Of a stretch of DNA of 64,000 bases, positions 36,939 to 45,900 are shown piece after piece. The DNA comes from Candidatus Limnocylindrales bacterium (lineage in GTDB: Bacteria > Chloroflexota > Limnocylindria > Limnocylindrales > CSP1-4), in NCBI GenBank assembly GCA_035540555.1, contig DATLGJ010000021.1:4492-68491 (forward strand), read 5' to 3'. The number at the start of each line of letters is the position of its first letter. Position 1 is the first letter of the stretch. The notes under the pieces were generated by a model. The model was not told the origin of the DNA. It did not search any database and saw only the letters and a list, made by a program, of their open reading frames with translations. The position numbers and the translations under genes are program-made.

Positions 36939-37586
36939 TCAGGCAGTCGGACGCGGGAAGCCGGCTCGCTCGGCCTCGACCATGGGCCGTGTGAAGCAGC
37001 CGTCCAGATGGTCGTTGACCACTCCCATTGCCTGCATCGCCGAGTAGAGCGTGGTGGGGCCGACGAACGACCAGCCACGCCGGCGCAGCTCCCGGCTCAT
37101 CTGCTTCGCCTCGGTGGTCGTCGTCACAGACGTGAGGGTGGCGCGGTCAACCAGCGCAGGCCGGCTGTCGGGCGACGGCTCGAAGGACCACAGGAAACGA
37201 GCCAGACTGCCGAACTCGTCGACGAGCTGCGGGTGCCGGCGCGCGTTGTTGATCGTTGCGAGGATCTTCGCCCGGTTGCGCACGATCGAGGCATCCCCCA
37301 TCAGCCGATCGACGTCGTCGTCGGTGAAGCGGGCGACGCGGCCGGGCTCGAAGCCCGCGAACGCCCGGCGGAAGGAGTCGCGCTTGCGCAGGATGGTCAG
37401 CCACGACAGACCCGACTGGAAGCCTTCCAGGCTGATCTTCTCGAACAGCGTGCGCTCGTCGGCCTGGGGCCGGCCCCACTCCTCGTCGTGGTAGCGCCTG
37501 TACAGGTCGTCGCCGACGCACCACCAGCAGCGGGCCAGTCCGTCGGCGCCGATAACCAGCCCCGGAGATGTCTCGTCGCGGTCCAT
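36939..37586 (-). CDS. tag: DNA-3-methyladenine glycosylase I
   Basis: CWWC...YHDEEWG, LFEKISLEGFQSGLSW and IVRNRAKI are typical Tag motifs. Confidence 0.9.
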   Translation of the reverse strand: MDRDETSPGLVIGADGLARCWWCVGDDLYRRYHDEEWGRPQADERTLFEKISLEGFQSGLSWLTILRKRDSFRRAFAGFEPGRVARFTDDDVDRLMGDASIVRNRAKILATINNARRHPQLVDEFGSLARFLWSFEPSPDSRPALVDRATLTSVTTTTEAKQMSRELRRRGWSFVGPTTLYSAMQAMGVVNDHLDGCFTRPMVEAERAGFPRPTA

Positions 37587-37622
37587 CCAACCCTGCAGCC
37601 ACCGCCCGTGGGCACCTGGACG

Positions 37623-37697
37623 TGGTCGGGGCGGCGGGATTCGAACCCGCGGCCTCGTGCTCCCAAAGCACGTGCGCTACCACTGCGCTACGCCCCG
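37623..37697 (-). tRNA. tRNA-Pro (anticodon UGG)
   Basis: The reverse complement reads CGGGGCG-UA-GCGC-AGUGGUA-GCGC-A-CGUGC-UUUGGGA-GCACG-AGGCC-GCGGG-UUCGAAU-CCCGC-CGCCCCG-A-CCA. It is 75 nt with an encoded CCA. Confidence 0.93.
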
Positions 37698-37927
37698 ACG
37701 TGAATCACGCTCAGTAAGCCTACATAACTCCGTCTGAACGTCGATTTAGGCTACCCCAGCGAACGCGGCCTGGCCCGCGTCAACAGGTTCATCACCGTCC
37801 GGACCTCCCCGACCCGCCTAGCGGAGGGTGAGGCGGCCGGACACTAGATGTTCGCCCGGTGCGCAGCCATACTCCGGCTGGCGCGTGTATGGGCACGGCT
37901 TGACAGATCATCGACGAAGGCGAGGAA

Positions 37928-38857
37928 GTGGCCAACAAGGCGGGCGACCTAAGCGATGTGGCGGTAGTTGGCACTGGTTTTGCCGGCCTGTCTACCGCTA
38001 TCGGCCTGCGCCGCCATCGGCTCAGCACAATTGCGTTTGATGGTGGACCGGTGCGCAACGAGCAGGCGAGCGAGGTGCACGGCTACCTTGGTGCCGCCGG
38101 CCTACCAGCCAAGGAGCTGCGCGATCGAGGGCGCACACAAGCGATCGAATTGGGCGCGCAAATCGTCGAAGCGCAGATCGAGCAGGTCGAACGGACCGGC
38201 GAGGTATTCATGCTGCGCGATGTTCAGGGCCGAACCTATGGTGCCCGGCGACTGGTATTGGCCACCGGTGTCGTGGACCAGCTGCCCGAGATAGCCGGGC
38301 TCGGGTCTTTTTTCGGCCGATCAGTCCATGTCTGCCCGCATTGCGATGCTTACGAGTGGCGCGACCGACCGATCGCGATCATCGGAGATACGGCGGAGCT
38401 GCGCGACTTTGCAATCAAGTTGAGCCATTGGAGCGCTCGGGTCACAGTAGTCGGCGACAACCGTCCGACCAGGGTCGAGGAGTCGGACCGCACGATCCTG
38501 GCGGTTCACGGCATTGGCGTGATCGAGACGGGCATCGATCGACTCGAGGGCGAGGACGGCCAGTTGAGCGCGATACGCTTCCTCGACGGCGAGGTCTTGG
38601 CTGTTGATGCGGCGTTCTGTCACGCCGACCAAACCTACCGCACCGAGCTCGCTGAGGCACTGGGCTGCAAGCTCACCGAGGCAGGAGCGATCGAAGTTGA
38701 CGACGAGGGGCACGCCAGCGCCGAGGGAGTGTGGGCAGTCGGTGATGTCGCCGGCGACTCCCAGTTCGTCTCGGTTGCGGTGGCTCACGGCATCAAGGCT
38801 GCGGCCGACATTTATCGCACGCTCGCCGAGACAGACCCCGACACAAAGGAGCCGTAG
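37928..38857 (+). CDS. thioredoxin-reductase-like NAD(P)/FAD-dependent oxidoreductase
   Basis: The motifs are VAVVGTGFAGL, the redox CxxC (VCPHCDAYE), a second nucleotide fold (IAIIGDT) and a C-terminal GVWAVGDV. It uses a GTG start. Confidence 0.75.
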   Translation: MANKAGDLSDVAVVGTGFAGLSTAIGLRRHRLSTIAFDGGPVRNEQASEVHGYLGAAGLPAKELRDRGRTQAIELGAQIVEAQIEQVERTGEVFMLRDVQGRTYGARRLVLATGVVDQLPEIAGLGSFFGRSVHVCPHCDAYEWRDRPIAIIGDTAELRDFAIKLSHWSARVTVVGDNRPTRVEESDRTILAVHGIGVIETGIDRLEGEDGQLSAIRFLDGEVLAVDAAFCHADQTYRTELAEALGCKLTEAGAIEVDDEGHASAEGVWAVGDVAGDSQFVSVAVAHGIKAAADIYRTLAETDPDTKEP

Positions 38858-38872
38858 ATTGCCTCACCGCCG

Positions 38873-39145
38873 ATGACGAAGAAATTGGCGTTGGCGGTCT
38901 TGCTGGTAGTGGCGTGTGGAGGCAGCCCGCCTGCAACGCCGGACCCCGGCGCCCCCACGCCGTCCGCTCCAGCCGAGCACGACATCGCAGCCTATGTGGT
39001 CGATCCGCTCAGCTCATAGCTGCTGCGGCGGTATGGCCTCGAGCCGGCAGGACCGAGCGAGTCGTCGACCTATCAGGTCACGGGGCCGGATGAAGGGGGC
39101 TGGGACATTTCGCTCGACGCATCACGAGAGATCGGTCTCGACTAA
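38873..39145 (+). pseudogene. small lipoprotein gene interrupted by an in-frame TAG
   Basis: The ATG at 38873 opens MTKKLALAVLLVVAC-GGSPP (signal peptide plus lipobox). A TAG lies at 39017-39019. The same frame stays open for 41 more codons (LLRRYGLEPAGPSESSTYQVTGPDEGGWDISLDASREIGLD) to the TAA at 39143-39145. Confidence 0.45.
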
Positions 39146-39505
39146 TCGCGCTGAGAGGCAGGCCCGTCGAGATGAGAACAACACCGGTCGTGGGCAATCT
39201 GGGGCCGCAGCATGATTGTGTGGGCTGCAGGCGGGCGAGTCCACGTCCTGGTAGTCAACCAGCAGGTCGTTGGCGCGTGGCTCAGCCGAGCGAGCGCCCC
39301 GTCGTGGGCAGGCGCTCGAGGGAGTTGCAGGCCGTAGCGCCGACCGAGGAAGACGTCGTCACGGAGATGGCGCGCTGCCTGCGAGAGATTGCCGCCGGCC
39401 GCTCGCCCAAATAGCCGCCTGGGCGGCAGCGGTAGACCGGCGGCGACGGGGCGCCACTGGGATAATTTCTATCCGGCGTTCTCAAGGCAGTAGGGGAGCA
39501 ATGCC

Positions 39506-39844
39506 ATGCCAAGCATCGAGTCACGCCCGTTCACATCGGCCGACGAGAGCCGCTCCGGCAATGGGGTCGAGGCGCACTACATCAAGCTGGGCAACGTCGA
39601 GTTTGCCCATTTGAGCTACGAGCCAGGCTGGCGCTGGTCGGAACGCATCAAGCCTGTTGCGGGTACCGAGAACTGCGAGGTCGAGCACGTCGGCTATGTC
39701 CTCTCGGGAGCCGCGCACTTTGTTCATTCCGATGGCACTACGCAGGAGGTGGCGGCCGGATCGGTCTACCGGGTAGAGCCTGGCCACGACGCGTGGGTCA
39801 TTGGCGATGAGCCCTACGTCGTACTTGAGCTGTACACCGACTGA
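39506..39844 (+). CDS. cupin-domain protein
   Basis: This 112-aa ORF has a single beta-barrel-like pattern (EVEHVGYVLSGAAHFVHSDG...GSVYRVEPGHDAWV). Confidence 0.6.
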   Translation: MPSIESRPFTSADESRSGNGVEAHYIKLGNVEFAHLSYEPGWRWSERIKPVAGTENCEVEHVGYVLSGAAHFVHSDGTTQEVAAGSVYRVEPGHDAWVIGDEPYVVLELYTD

Positions 39845-39946
39845 GGTGCTCAGTGGTCGGCAGACCTGAGGCACGACCGCCGAGCGCGAGATGGCGCCGT
39901 GTCATTTCGGGCGGTCAGCTGGGGCGGGGGAAACAAGAACCCCCTG

Positions 39947-40855
39947 CTACGGCCAGGGCGGGTCAGCGACAGCACGGGCGCCAGGCCGAGCCGAGAGCTG
40001 TTCGAGCCATGCAGCAAAGTCGTAGCGTGGGTGAAAACCGAGCTCCTTGGCGAGTCGGCTGACCGGAAATACCTCCGTGATGGGTTTTAGCGACCGGACG
40101 CCACGAGCGCGGAGCAGTTCGGACGATCCTGGCAAGTGGCGCTCGAGCGCCGCCAAAGGATCGCGTCGCAGGTCAGGCGCATCCTCCACCGTGAACGGCA
40201 CCGGCGCCTCCACGTTATACGCCCCATAAGCCACTTCGCCGCGCCCCAAGGCAGCGAGCGCCGCCAATACGGCGTCCGCGGCGTCGACCTCATCGACACC
40301 GCCGTACAGGAGGCGTATGCCGTACCGGAAGAACGACTCCGGGACGAACATTCCGAAGCGGAGCGCTATCGACGGAATCCCGTGATCGCGCCAGTGGTAA
40401 GCGCACAGCTCCTCGCCGACGACCTTGCTCCAACCGTAGATGTCAGACGGGCGTAACGGAACCCCCTCCTCCACGAACGCGACGGCGTCATTCGCGCTCG
40501 GCGTTCGGCTTTCGCCGTAGACACCCATCGTGCTACTGAAGACGACGCCCCCGACTCCGTGCTCGACGGCGGCCTGCCAGACGTTGAACGTCCCCGTGAC
40601 GTTGAGGTCGTAGAACTCCCGTAGTGAGTGATCACGCAGATGGATGCCGTGGAGGGCGGCGGCATGGACGACCATGTTTACGCCGCGCGTCGCCGACGAC
40701 ACGAACTTCCCGTCTCGCACGTCGCCGACGACGCCCTCGGCCACATCGCTGCTGGGCACGAGGTCCAAGGCAACCGGCTCATGACCTGCCTCGATCAGTC
40801 GAGGAATGAGGGCCCGCCCGAGAGTGCCGGCAGCGCCAGTTACGAGGACGCGCAT
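39947..40855 (-). CDS. NAD-dependent epimerase/dehydratase family protein
   Basis: The motifs are MRVLVTGAAGTLG (Rossmann) and catalytic Y-x3-K (YGWSK). The start was taken at ATG 40855. Confidence 0.8.
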   Translation of the reverse strand: MRVLVTGAAGTLGRALIPRLIEAGHEPVALDLVPSSDVAEGVVGDVRDGKFVSSATRGVNMVVHAAALHGIHLRDHSLREFYDLNVTGTFNVWQAAVEHGVGGVVFSSTMGVYGESRTPSANDAVAFVEEGVPLRPSDIYGWSKVVGEELCAYHWRDHGIPSIALRFGMFVPESFFRYGIRLLYGGVDEVDAADAVLAALAALGRGEVAYGAYNVEAPVPFTVEDAPDLRRDPLAALERHLPGSSELLRARGVRSLKPITEVFPVSRLAKELGFHPRYDFAAWLEQLSARPGARAVADPPWP

Positions 40856-41024
40856 GCGCAGATCATCACACGCCGTACGACCCTGGCTCACCCTCCAACT
40901 TGAATGGTCCCTCGCCGATGTCCGGTCAGGCCTCGCCCTTGTCGCCCATGTCCATGGTGGGCATCCAACTTCAGACTGGGTCAGAGCGTGCGCAGCGGGA
41001 GCGACGTCGCCGGTGGACGGCGGC

Positions 41025-41891
41025 TCAGGCGATCAGGGCGTCCAAGACGTCCGCAAACGCGCTGCCCGTGTGGAGGCTGAGATGGCCGTCGCCCGAGCGA
41101 AAGTGTGCGCGCGCTGTCGGTATGTGGGACGCCAGCCATTCGCCATGTGCGGGATGGACGCCGCGGTCGTCTGCGCCATGCCAAACGTGAACGAGCGCGG
41201 TAATCGAGGTCGCGTCGAATCCCCAGTCACCTACGAAGGCACGCTCGTCGTCAAACCAGCCCCCATAGGAGTCGCTCAGGGCTGTTCGGAATAGGGCCGC
41301 GATCCAGTCACTGAAACCCGGTGAGAGAGCCTGGAGATCGGCTCCGGCAAACTCGCCAGCCACCAACTCTTTGAACTCCTGACCCGTCAGACCACGCATC
41401 ACTGGCCAACGCTGCTCGATCTCCTCGCGCAACGCGTCGGGCCCGTTGAGTGCGGCGCTGACCAGGCGATCGTCCGGGCCTGGTCGCCACCCTAAATCAG
41501 GCGCGCGGTAGGGGGCGACGCTGCCGATCGTCGCCACGCCGATCACCCTTGTTGGCAGCAGGGCAGCCAGGGCGAGCGCGTGCGGTCCACCACCCGACCA
41601 GCCAAGGGCGTAGGCCCGCTGAGCGCCGATGTAGTCGAGGGCAACGGAGGCATCGGCGGCAACGCTCGCAACGTCCCGCCCGGGCCGGCGCGTCGATCCG
41701 CCATAGCCAGGCCTGCTCCATGCGACATAGCGAAGTCCACGTTCGGCCAGCGCACTCAGGTTCTCTTCGTAGGGCAGGCCGGTGGCAGGCGTTCCATGCT
41801 GGTACAGCAGGGGGATCCCGTCATCCGGTGAAAGATAGAGTTCCAGTGTCGCCCGGTCGTTGGTGGGTATCAGGATCGGCTCGTACACCAC
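41025..41891 (-). CDS. alpha/beta-fold hydrolase
   Basis: An HG oxyanion motif (LLYQHGTPA) and the nucleophile elbow GWSGGG are present. Length is 288 aa. Confidence 0.72.
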   Translation of the reverse strand: MVYEPILIPTNDRATLELYLSPDDGIPLLYQHGTPATGLPYEENLSALAERGLRYVAWSRPGYGGSTRRPGRDVASVAADASVALDYIGAQRAYALGWSGGGPHALALAALLPTRVIGVATIGSVAPYRAPDLGWRPGPDDRLVSAALNGPDALREEIEQRWPVMRGLTGQEFKELVAGEFAGADLQALSPGFSDWIAALFRTALSDSYGGWFDDERAFVGDWGFDATSITALVHVWHGADDRGVHPAHGEWLASHIPTARAHFRSGDGHLSLHTGSAFADVLDALIA

Positions 41892-42102
41892 GCAACCATG
41901 CCACAGCGGTACACCCCGGCCTCGTGGCGTCGCCCATTTCCCGCCGGCCTTCGGCGCTTAGTCGAGCGTGGCTCGCGTGCCCAGCCTCCACGAAGAGTCA
42001 GAGTGATCCGCGACGGCCTCCAGTGCGAAGTAGTAGTACGGCCGGCAGTGCAGGCGGTCATCGACCGCCCGCTGCAGGATCCGATATCGGGAGGACCCAT
42101 AG

Positions 42103-42738
42103 ATGGTCCAATCCTTCCAAGTAAGACAGCGCTGGCTGGGAGCCGGGCTGCTGGTGGCATTCGTCGCCACCCTGGCACTCGGGATCGGCATGGCACTCGC
42201 GTCGCCTGCCGTCGCGGGGCACAACTCGGCAGCCGGAGCCGCCAAGGGCACGACAGGCGGCTGGCTCGACGGTCGAGAAGTCACCTTTTTCTATCCCAAG
42301 GACTTCTTCTGCTCGCAGCCACCGAGCAGCGATGCGGCGTCCGGCTGCGAGGTCGGCGCTGAGCCTGAGCGGGCCCCGCGCCCCGGCGGAGGCCTTCCTG
42401 TGCTCTACGTCATGACGCCTTTCGGCATCAACGTCGACGCAGGTACGCTTCAGTGCCCGACCAGTGGCGAGTGCATCAACCACCCCGGCGACCTGGACGT
42501 TTCGCGCCTGCTGGGACCCGGTGCGGTGATCCCTCTGCCGCCGCACAGCCACATCGTCGATGTGGCCAAGGGTGGATGGTGGGAGATCGAGGTGATCCTT
42601 GTGACGGACGAAGAGGTCTGGAACGAGATCGCTCAAGCCAAGGATCTGGCCACCGTGCGTGCCCTACAGGACGCCGGAGTCGGCATCACTGGCGACATCC
42701 CGACCAACCTCTTCCTGTTCTTCAACGTGCAGAACTGA
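42103..42738 (+). CDS. secreted protein of unknown function (4 Cys, HSH motif)
   Basis: A GGGAGGA RBS precedes the start. The signal peptide ends ..ALASPAVA-GH. The mature part has two Cys pairs (FFCSQ..SGCEV and LQCPTSGEC) and PPHSHIVD. I recognise no family. Confidence 0.6.
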   Translation: MVQSFQVRQRWLGAGLLVAFVATLALGIGMALASPAVAGHNSAAGAAKGTTGGWLDGREVTFFYPKDFFCSQPPSSDAASGCEVGAEPERAPRPGGGLPVLYVMTPFGINVDAGTLQCPTSGECINHPGDLDVSRLLGPGAVIPLPPHSHIVDVAKGGWWEIEVILVTDEEVWNEIAQAKDLATVRALQDAGVGITGDIPTNLFLFFNVQN

Positions 42739-42794
42739 GATCAACTCAGCTGGCGGGTCGCTCGACGGCCCGCCAGCTGGCCGGAGGCCTCTCG

Positions 42795-43661
42795 ATGAAC
42801 AGCGTCGCCCTCACCCCAGCGTCGAGCATGCGCTCGAGGCTGCGCAACCTTGCGCCCCAGCCCCTTGTTTCCACGGTAGGCGGAATGATGGTTGGGATCG
42901 GAGCAGTCCTACCCTGGATCACCTTGTATGCCGGTCATGTCGCCCTACGTGGCATCGACGGACCAGCTGGACTCGCCCTGGCCCTGGTGGGTGCCGTCGT
43001 CGTCGTGCTCGGCGTCATCTCGGTGCGCAGCAGCGCAGCAAGCGTGATCGCCGTCCGGCGGATGATGGTCGTTGCGGTGGTGCTCATCGTGACCTACCTG
43101 CTCGTGCAATTGGTCATAACTCACGCTCAACTGGCCGCAGAGCCGTTGCTCTTGGCCGCACTGGGCCCAGGCATGTTCGTGGCGGCCGCGGGTGCGAGCC
43201 TGATGGTCATTGCCGAAGCGATGCCTCTGCTTCGGGTGACCAGGCCATCCCGGCGCAGCTGGCCGGCCAGAATGCTGACTGGCGCGGCGGTCGTCGGCCT
43301 GCTCGTCGCCGGATCCATTCATCTCGGTTTGGCGCCCGGGCACCTTGGCGCGTCGCCGGTGTTGGCGCTGGGCTTCCTGGGTGCTGGGCTTGCCCAGGCG
43401 ACCTTGGCGCTCTTCCTGATTGTCGGAGGGAGTCGGCGCACGCTGATCAGCAGCGCGGTGCTGTCGGTTGGGCTACTTGGGCTCTATGGGATCGACCTAT
43501 TGATCGGATTGCCGTTCGTGGGCCACGCTGCGCTGCACGCCCAGGCGGAACTGCACGCCCATGGAGCGGCGGGCATCGACCTAGCTGGAGTGATTGCCAA
43601 GTCCGCCGAATTGGGAACCATCATTGCAGCGGTCGCCGCGCTGCGAGAACATCACCGCTAG
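42795..43661 (+). CDS. polytopic membrane protein of unknown function (His-rich C-terminal half)
   Basis: It starts 56 nt after the preceding gene on the same strand. It has about 8 hydrophobic helices. His-containing loops read SIHLGLAPGHLG and FVGHAALHAQAELHAHG. I recognise no family. Confidence 0.55.
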   Translation: MNSVALTPASSMRSRLRNLAPQPLVSTVGGMMVGIGAVLPWITLYAGHVALRGIDGPAGLALALVGAVVVVLGVISVRSSAASVIAVRRMMVVAVVLIVTYLLVQLVITHAQLAAEPLLLAALGPGMFVAAAGASLMVIAEAMPLLRVTRPSRRSWPARMLTGAAVVGLLVAGSIHLGLAPGHLGASPVLALGFLGAGLAQATLALFLIVGGSRRTLISSAVLSVGLLGLYGIDLLIGLPFVGHAALHAQAELHAHGAAGIDLAGVIAKSAELGTIIAAVAALREHHR

Positions 43662-43676
43662 TCGGGGCGGGTGAGA

Positions 43677-45002
43677 TCAGTACGGCCAGCGCTGGCCGAA
43701 GCGCCAGCGGCGGAACGGTGCAACGCTCGGGGCCAGCAACGGGAGGCCGGACACGACGCCCACCGAGGCGCCGATCAGGATGGTGCCCGCGAACGAGCCA
43801 ACGCCGAGTGCGGGAGAGAGCAGCTCGGACATGACACCGCCGGCGACACCGCCGACCGGAATGACGCTGTACCCGATGGCGCCTCGAATGGCTGCCACCC
43901 GAGCCTGCAGGTGCCTTGGCAGTGCCACCTGGCGGACCGAGATGGCGACTATGTTCCAGATGACGCCCCAAAAGGCCGAGAGCGCCAGCGAAGCCGCCAC
44001 CAGCGGCACCGCTGCGAACCCGGGCGCAAGCGCGATGCCCGCCAGGAACGCTGACTCAAGAACGGTCGCGACAACGAGCACCCAGCCGACACCCACCCGA
44101 GCGGTCAGCCGATTTGCCGCCGCGACGCCGATCAGCGCTCCTATCCCTGGAAACGCCAGTAGCACACCCGCAATTGCCGGGTCGAGCGCCAGGGCGCGGT
44201 ACAGGTGCAACAGCAGGACGGTGTGTGCGGCCACCAGCCCCAGGTTCGAAATAGCGGCCGTCAGGGTCAGCCGCAACAGTACGGGCTCCCCTCGCAGAGC
44301 TGTGAAGCCCTCGACGAGCTCGGCTCTGAACCGGCGCGTGTGGGAGGTAACGGTACGCGGCGGAAGTCGTATGCGACGCAGCAGTAGCGCGGAGGCTCCG
44401 AAGGCCGCCACGCTGTGAGCGACAACGAAGACCGAGCCAACAGCCGATATCAGCGCGCCGGCGATACCCGGGCCGGCCACCTGGGCGATCGACCGACTGG
44501 CCTCCAGCCTCGAATTCGCCAGGGGAATTTCGGAAGAAGGCAGCGCCTCGGCGACGTACGCCGTGTTGCCCAGCTCGAAGAAGACGCCCGCCGCGCCGAC
44601 GAGGATGGCTGCGCCGATCAGCATGGGCAGGTTGAGCTGGCCCGCGATCGCCAGCAGCACCACGAGGCCGAAGACGAGGGCTCGGATGAGATTGCCCAAG
44701 ATCATCACTCGGACTCGGCTCGCCCGATCGATCCACACTCCGGCCAGAACTGCCAGAAAGGGCCAGCAGATCCAGGCGGCGGCGGCCAGGAGGCCGACCT
44801 CGAGCGGCCGAGCGCCGAGCACCAGGATGGCGAGCGTCGGCAGGGCAACTCGACTCAGCTCGTCACCGAACAGGCCGACCGTATTCCCCGCCCACAGCAC
44901 AGGGAAGTCGCCCGCCTGCGGAAGCCGCAATAGGCGCGCAGCGTTGGGCACTCTGGAGCGCCGCACCAGCCGCGGTGTGGTGCCGTCGAGGTCCGGCGAC
45001 AC
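43677..45002 (-). CDS. MFS transporter
   Basis: It has about 12 TM helices. The N-terminus (FPVLWAGNTVGLFGDELSRVALP) resembles the MFS_3/EntS-like subgroup. The start was taken at GTG 45002, 5 nt after the upstream LLM gene stop. Confidence 0.72.
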   Translation of the reverse strand: MSPDLDGTTPRLVRRSRVPNAARLLRLPQAGDFPVLWAGNTVGLFGDELSRVALPTLAILVLGARPLEVGLLAAAAWICWPFLAVLAGVWIDRASRVRVMILGNLIRALVFGLVVLLAIAGQLNLPMLIGAAILVGAAGVFFELGNTAYVAEALPSSEIPLANSRLEASRSIAQVAGPGIAGALISAVGSVFVVAHSVAAFGASALLLRRIRLPPRTVTSHTRRFRAELVEGFTALRGEPVLLRLTLTAAISNLGLVAAHTVLLLHLYRALALDPAIAGVLLAFPGIGALIGVAAANRLTARVGVGWVLVVATVLESAFLAGIALAPGFAAVPLVAASLALSAFWGVIWNIVAISVRQVALPRHLQARVAAIRGAIGYSVIPVGGVAGGVMSELLSPALGVGSFAGTILIGASVGVVSGLPLLAPSVAPFRRWRFGQRWPY

Positions 45003-45007
45003 CGGCG

Positions 45008-45841
45008 TCAGGCCGAGGCCCGCGGCCGAACCGGCTGTCGCGAACGCTGCGCGTTGATTGCGTCGCGACGGTTGAGCCAGAGTTGGCCTTGTGCGACCTG
45101 CCAGTCGGGTCCGTTGAAGCCGAGCGTGAACTGCGTAAAGCCGATCTCGAGGTACGTTTCGAAGTCTCGCTCGAGGAACCGATCCAGATCGTATGGCTCC
45201 ACGCCGACTGCCCACTCAATGTCGTTCGCATCACGACCGATCTCGGCGCACCACCGGCGAAGTGCCGCGACCTTGGGCAGCACCTCGTCCGGCCGGTCGG
45301 GAAAGCCGACGTGCCAGGCGTCGGCGTACCGCGCGACGAGCCTCGTGGTGAGCTGCTCGCCGCCGCCAGCGATCAGCAGAGGCATGGTTCCGAGAGGCGG
45401 CGGGTTGAGCACCTGGAGTCGGTGGCGTATCCGGGGCAATGACTCGCCAAGCTGGCGCAAGCGAGCAACTGCGTCCGGGAACACAAAGCCGTACTCGCGA
45501 TAGTCCCTCTCGAACCAGCCGGCACCGAGACCGAGAGTCAGCCGGCCGCCGCTGATGTGGTCGACCGTTCGAGCCATGTCGGCCAGTAGATCGGGGTTCC
45601 GGTACGAGTTACAGGCGACGAGTGGACCCAGTGCGATCCGGCTGGTTGCCTCCGCCCAGGACGCAAGAAGCGTCCAGCACTCGTAGTGCTGCCCGCTCCC
45701 TTTGCCGTACAGCGGAGAGAAGTGGTCCCACGTGTAGAGCGCGTCGTAGCCCAGCTCCTCGGCCTGCACGGCGGCTCCGCGGAGGGCCGGCAGGTCGCCA
45801 TGCTGCGGGTGCAGTTGCGCGGCCACGCGTATTGGTTTCAC
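45008..45841 (-). CDS. LLM-class (luciferase-like) flavin/F420-dependent oxidoreductase
   Basis: Typical motifs are present: YDALYTWDHF, NPDLLADMARTVDHISGGRLTLGLGAGW. GTG 45841 is preceded by GGTGAGGAG. Confidence 0.78.
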   Translation of the reverse strand: MKPIRVAAQLHPQHGDLPALRGAAVQAEELGYDALYTWDHFSPLYGKGSGQHYECWTLLASWAEATSRIALGPLVACNSYRNPDLLADMARTVDHISGGRLTLGLGAGWFERDYREYGFVFPDAVARLRQLGESLPRIRHRLQVLNPPPLGTMPLLIAGGGEQLTTRLVARYADAWHVGFPDRPDEVLPKVAALRRWCAEIGRDANDIEWAVGVEPYDLDRFLERDFETYLEIGFTQFTLGFNGPDWQVAQGQLWLNRRDAINAQRSRQPVRPRASA

Positions 45842-45885
45842 GGTCTCCTCACCTGCGTGCGTCGCCAGTGCGAGCACCGTGAGGG

Positions 45886-45900
45886 TTCCCCTAAGGGGAA
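45886..45900. promoter_or_regulatory. 7-1-7 perfect inverted repeat in the merR/LLM divergent region (candidate operator)
   Basis: The repeat is ttcccct-a-aggggaa. It abuts the ATG at 45900 and sits within the 58-bp divergent intergenic region. Confidence 0.35.

Noticed and set aside
39017-39019. The in-frame TAG considered as a recoded sense codon (pyrrolysine or suppressor read-through).
   Set aside because: No pyl genes or PYLIS-like context are visible. TAG is used as an ordinary stop elsewhere in the window, for example in glnA and the TrxR-like gene. A nonsense mutation is more parsimonious.
39155-39468. An open minus-strand frame with the segment AAGGNLSQAARHL, reminiscent of a Fis-type HTH. 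It was considered as a possible regulator remnant in the 360-bp gap.
   Set aside because: The frame has no ATG or GTG start. The spacing after the putative HTH is too short compared with genuine Fis-type motifs. The rest of the frame is low-complexity. I treated the region as non-coding or degraded.
41958-42284. A 108-aa minus-strand ORF overlapping the start of the secreted-protein gene.
   Set aside because: It overlaps a plus-strand gene that has a strong RBS and a signal peptide. It has no RBS of its own and shows no recognisable motif.
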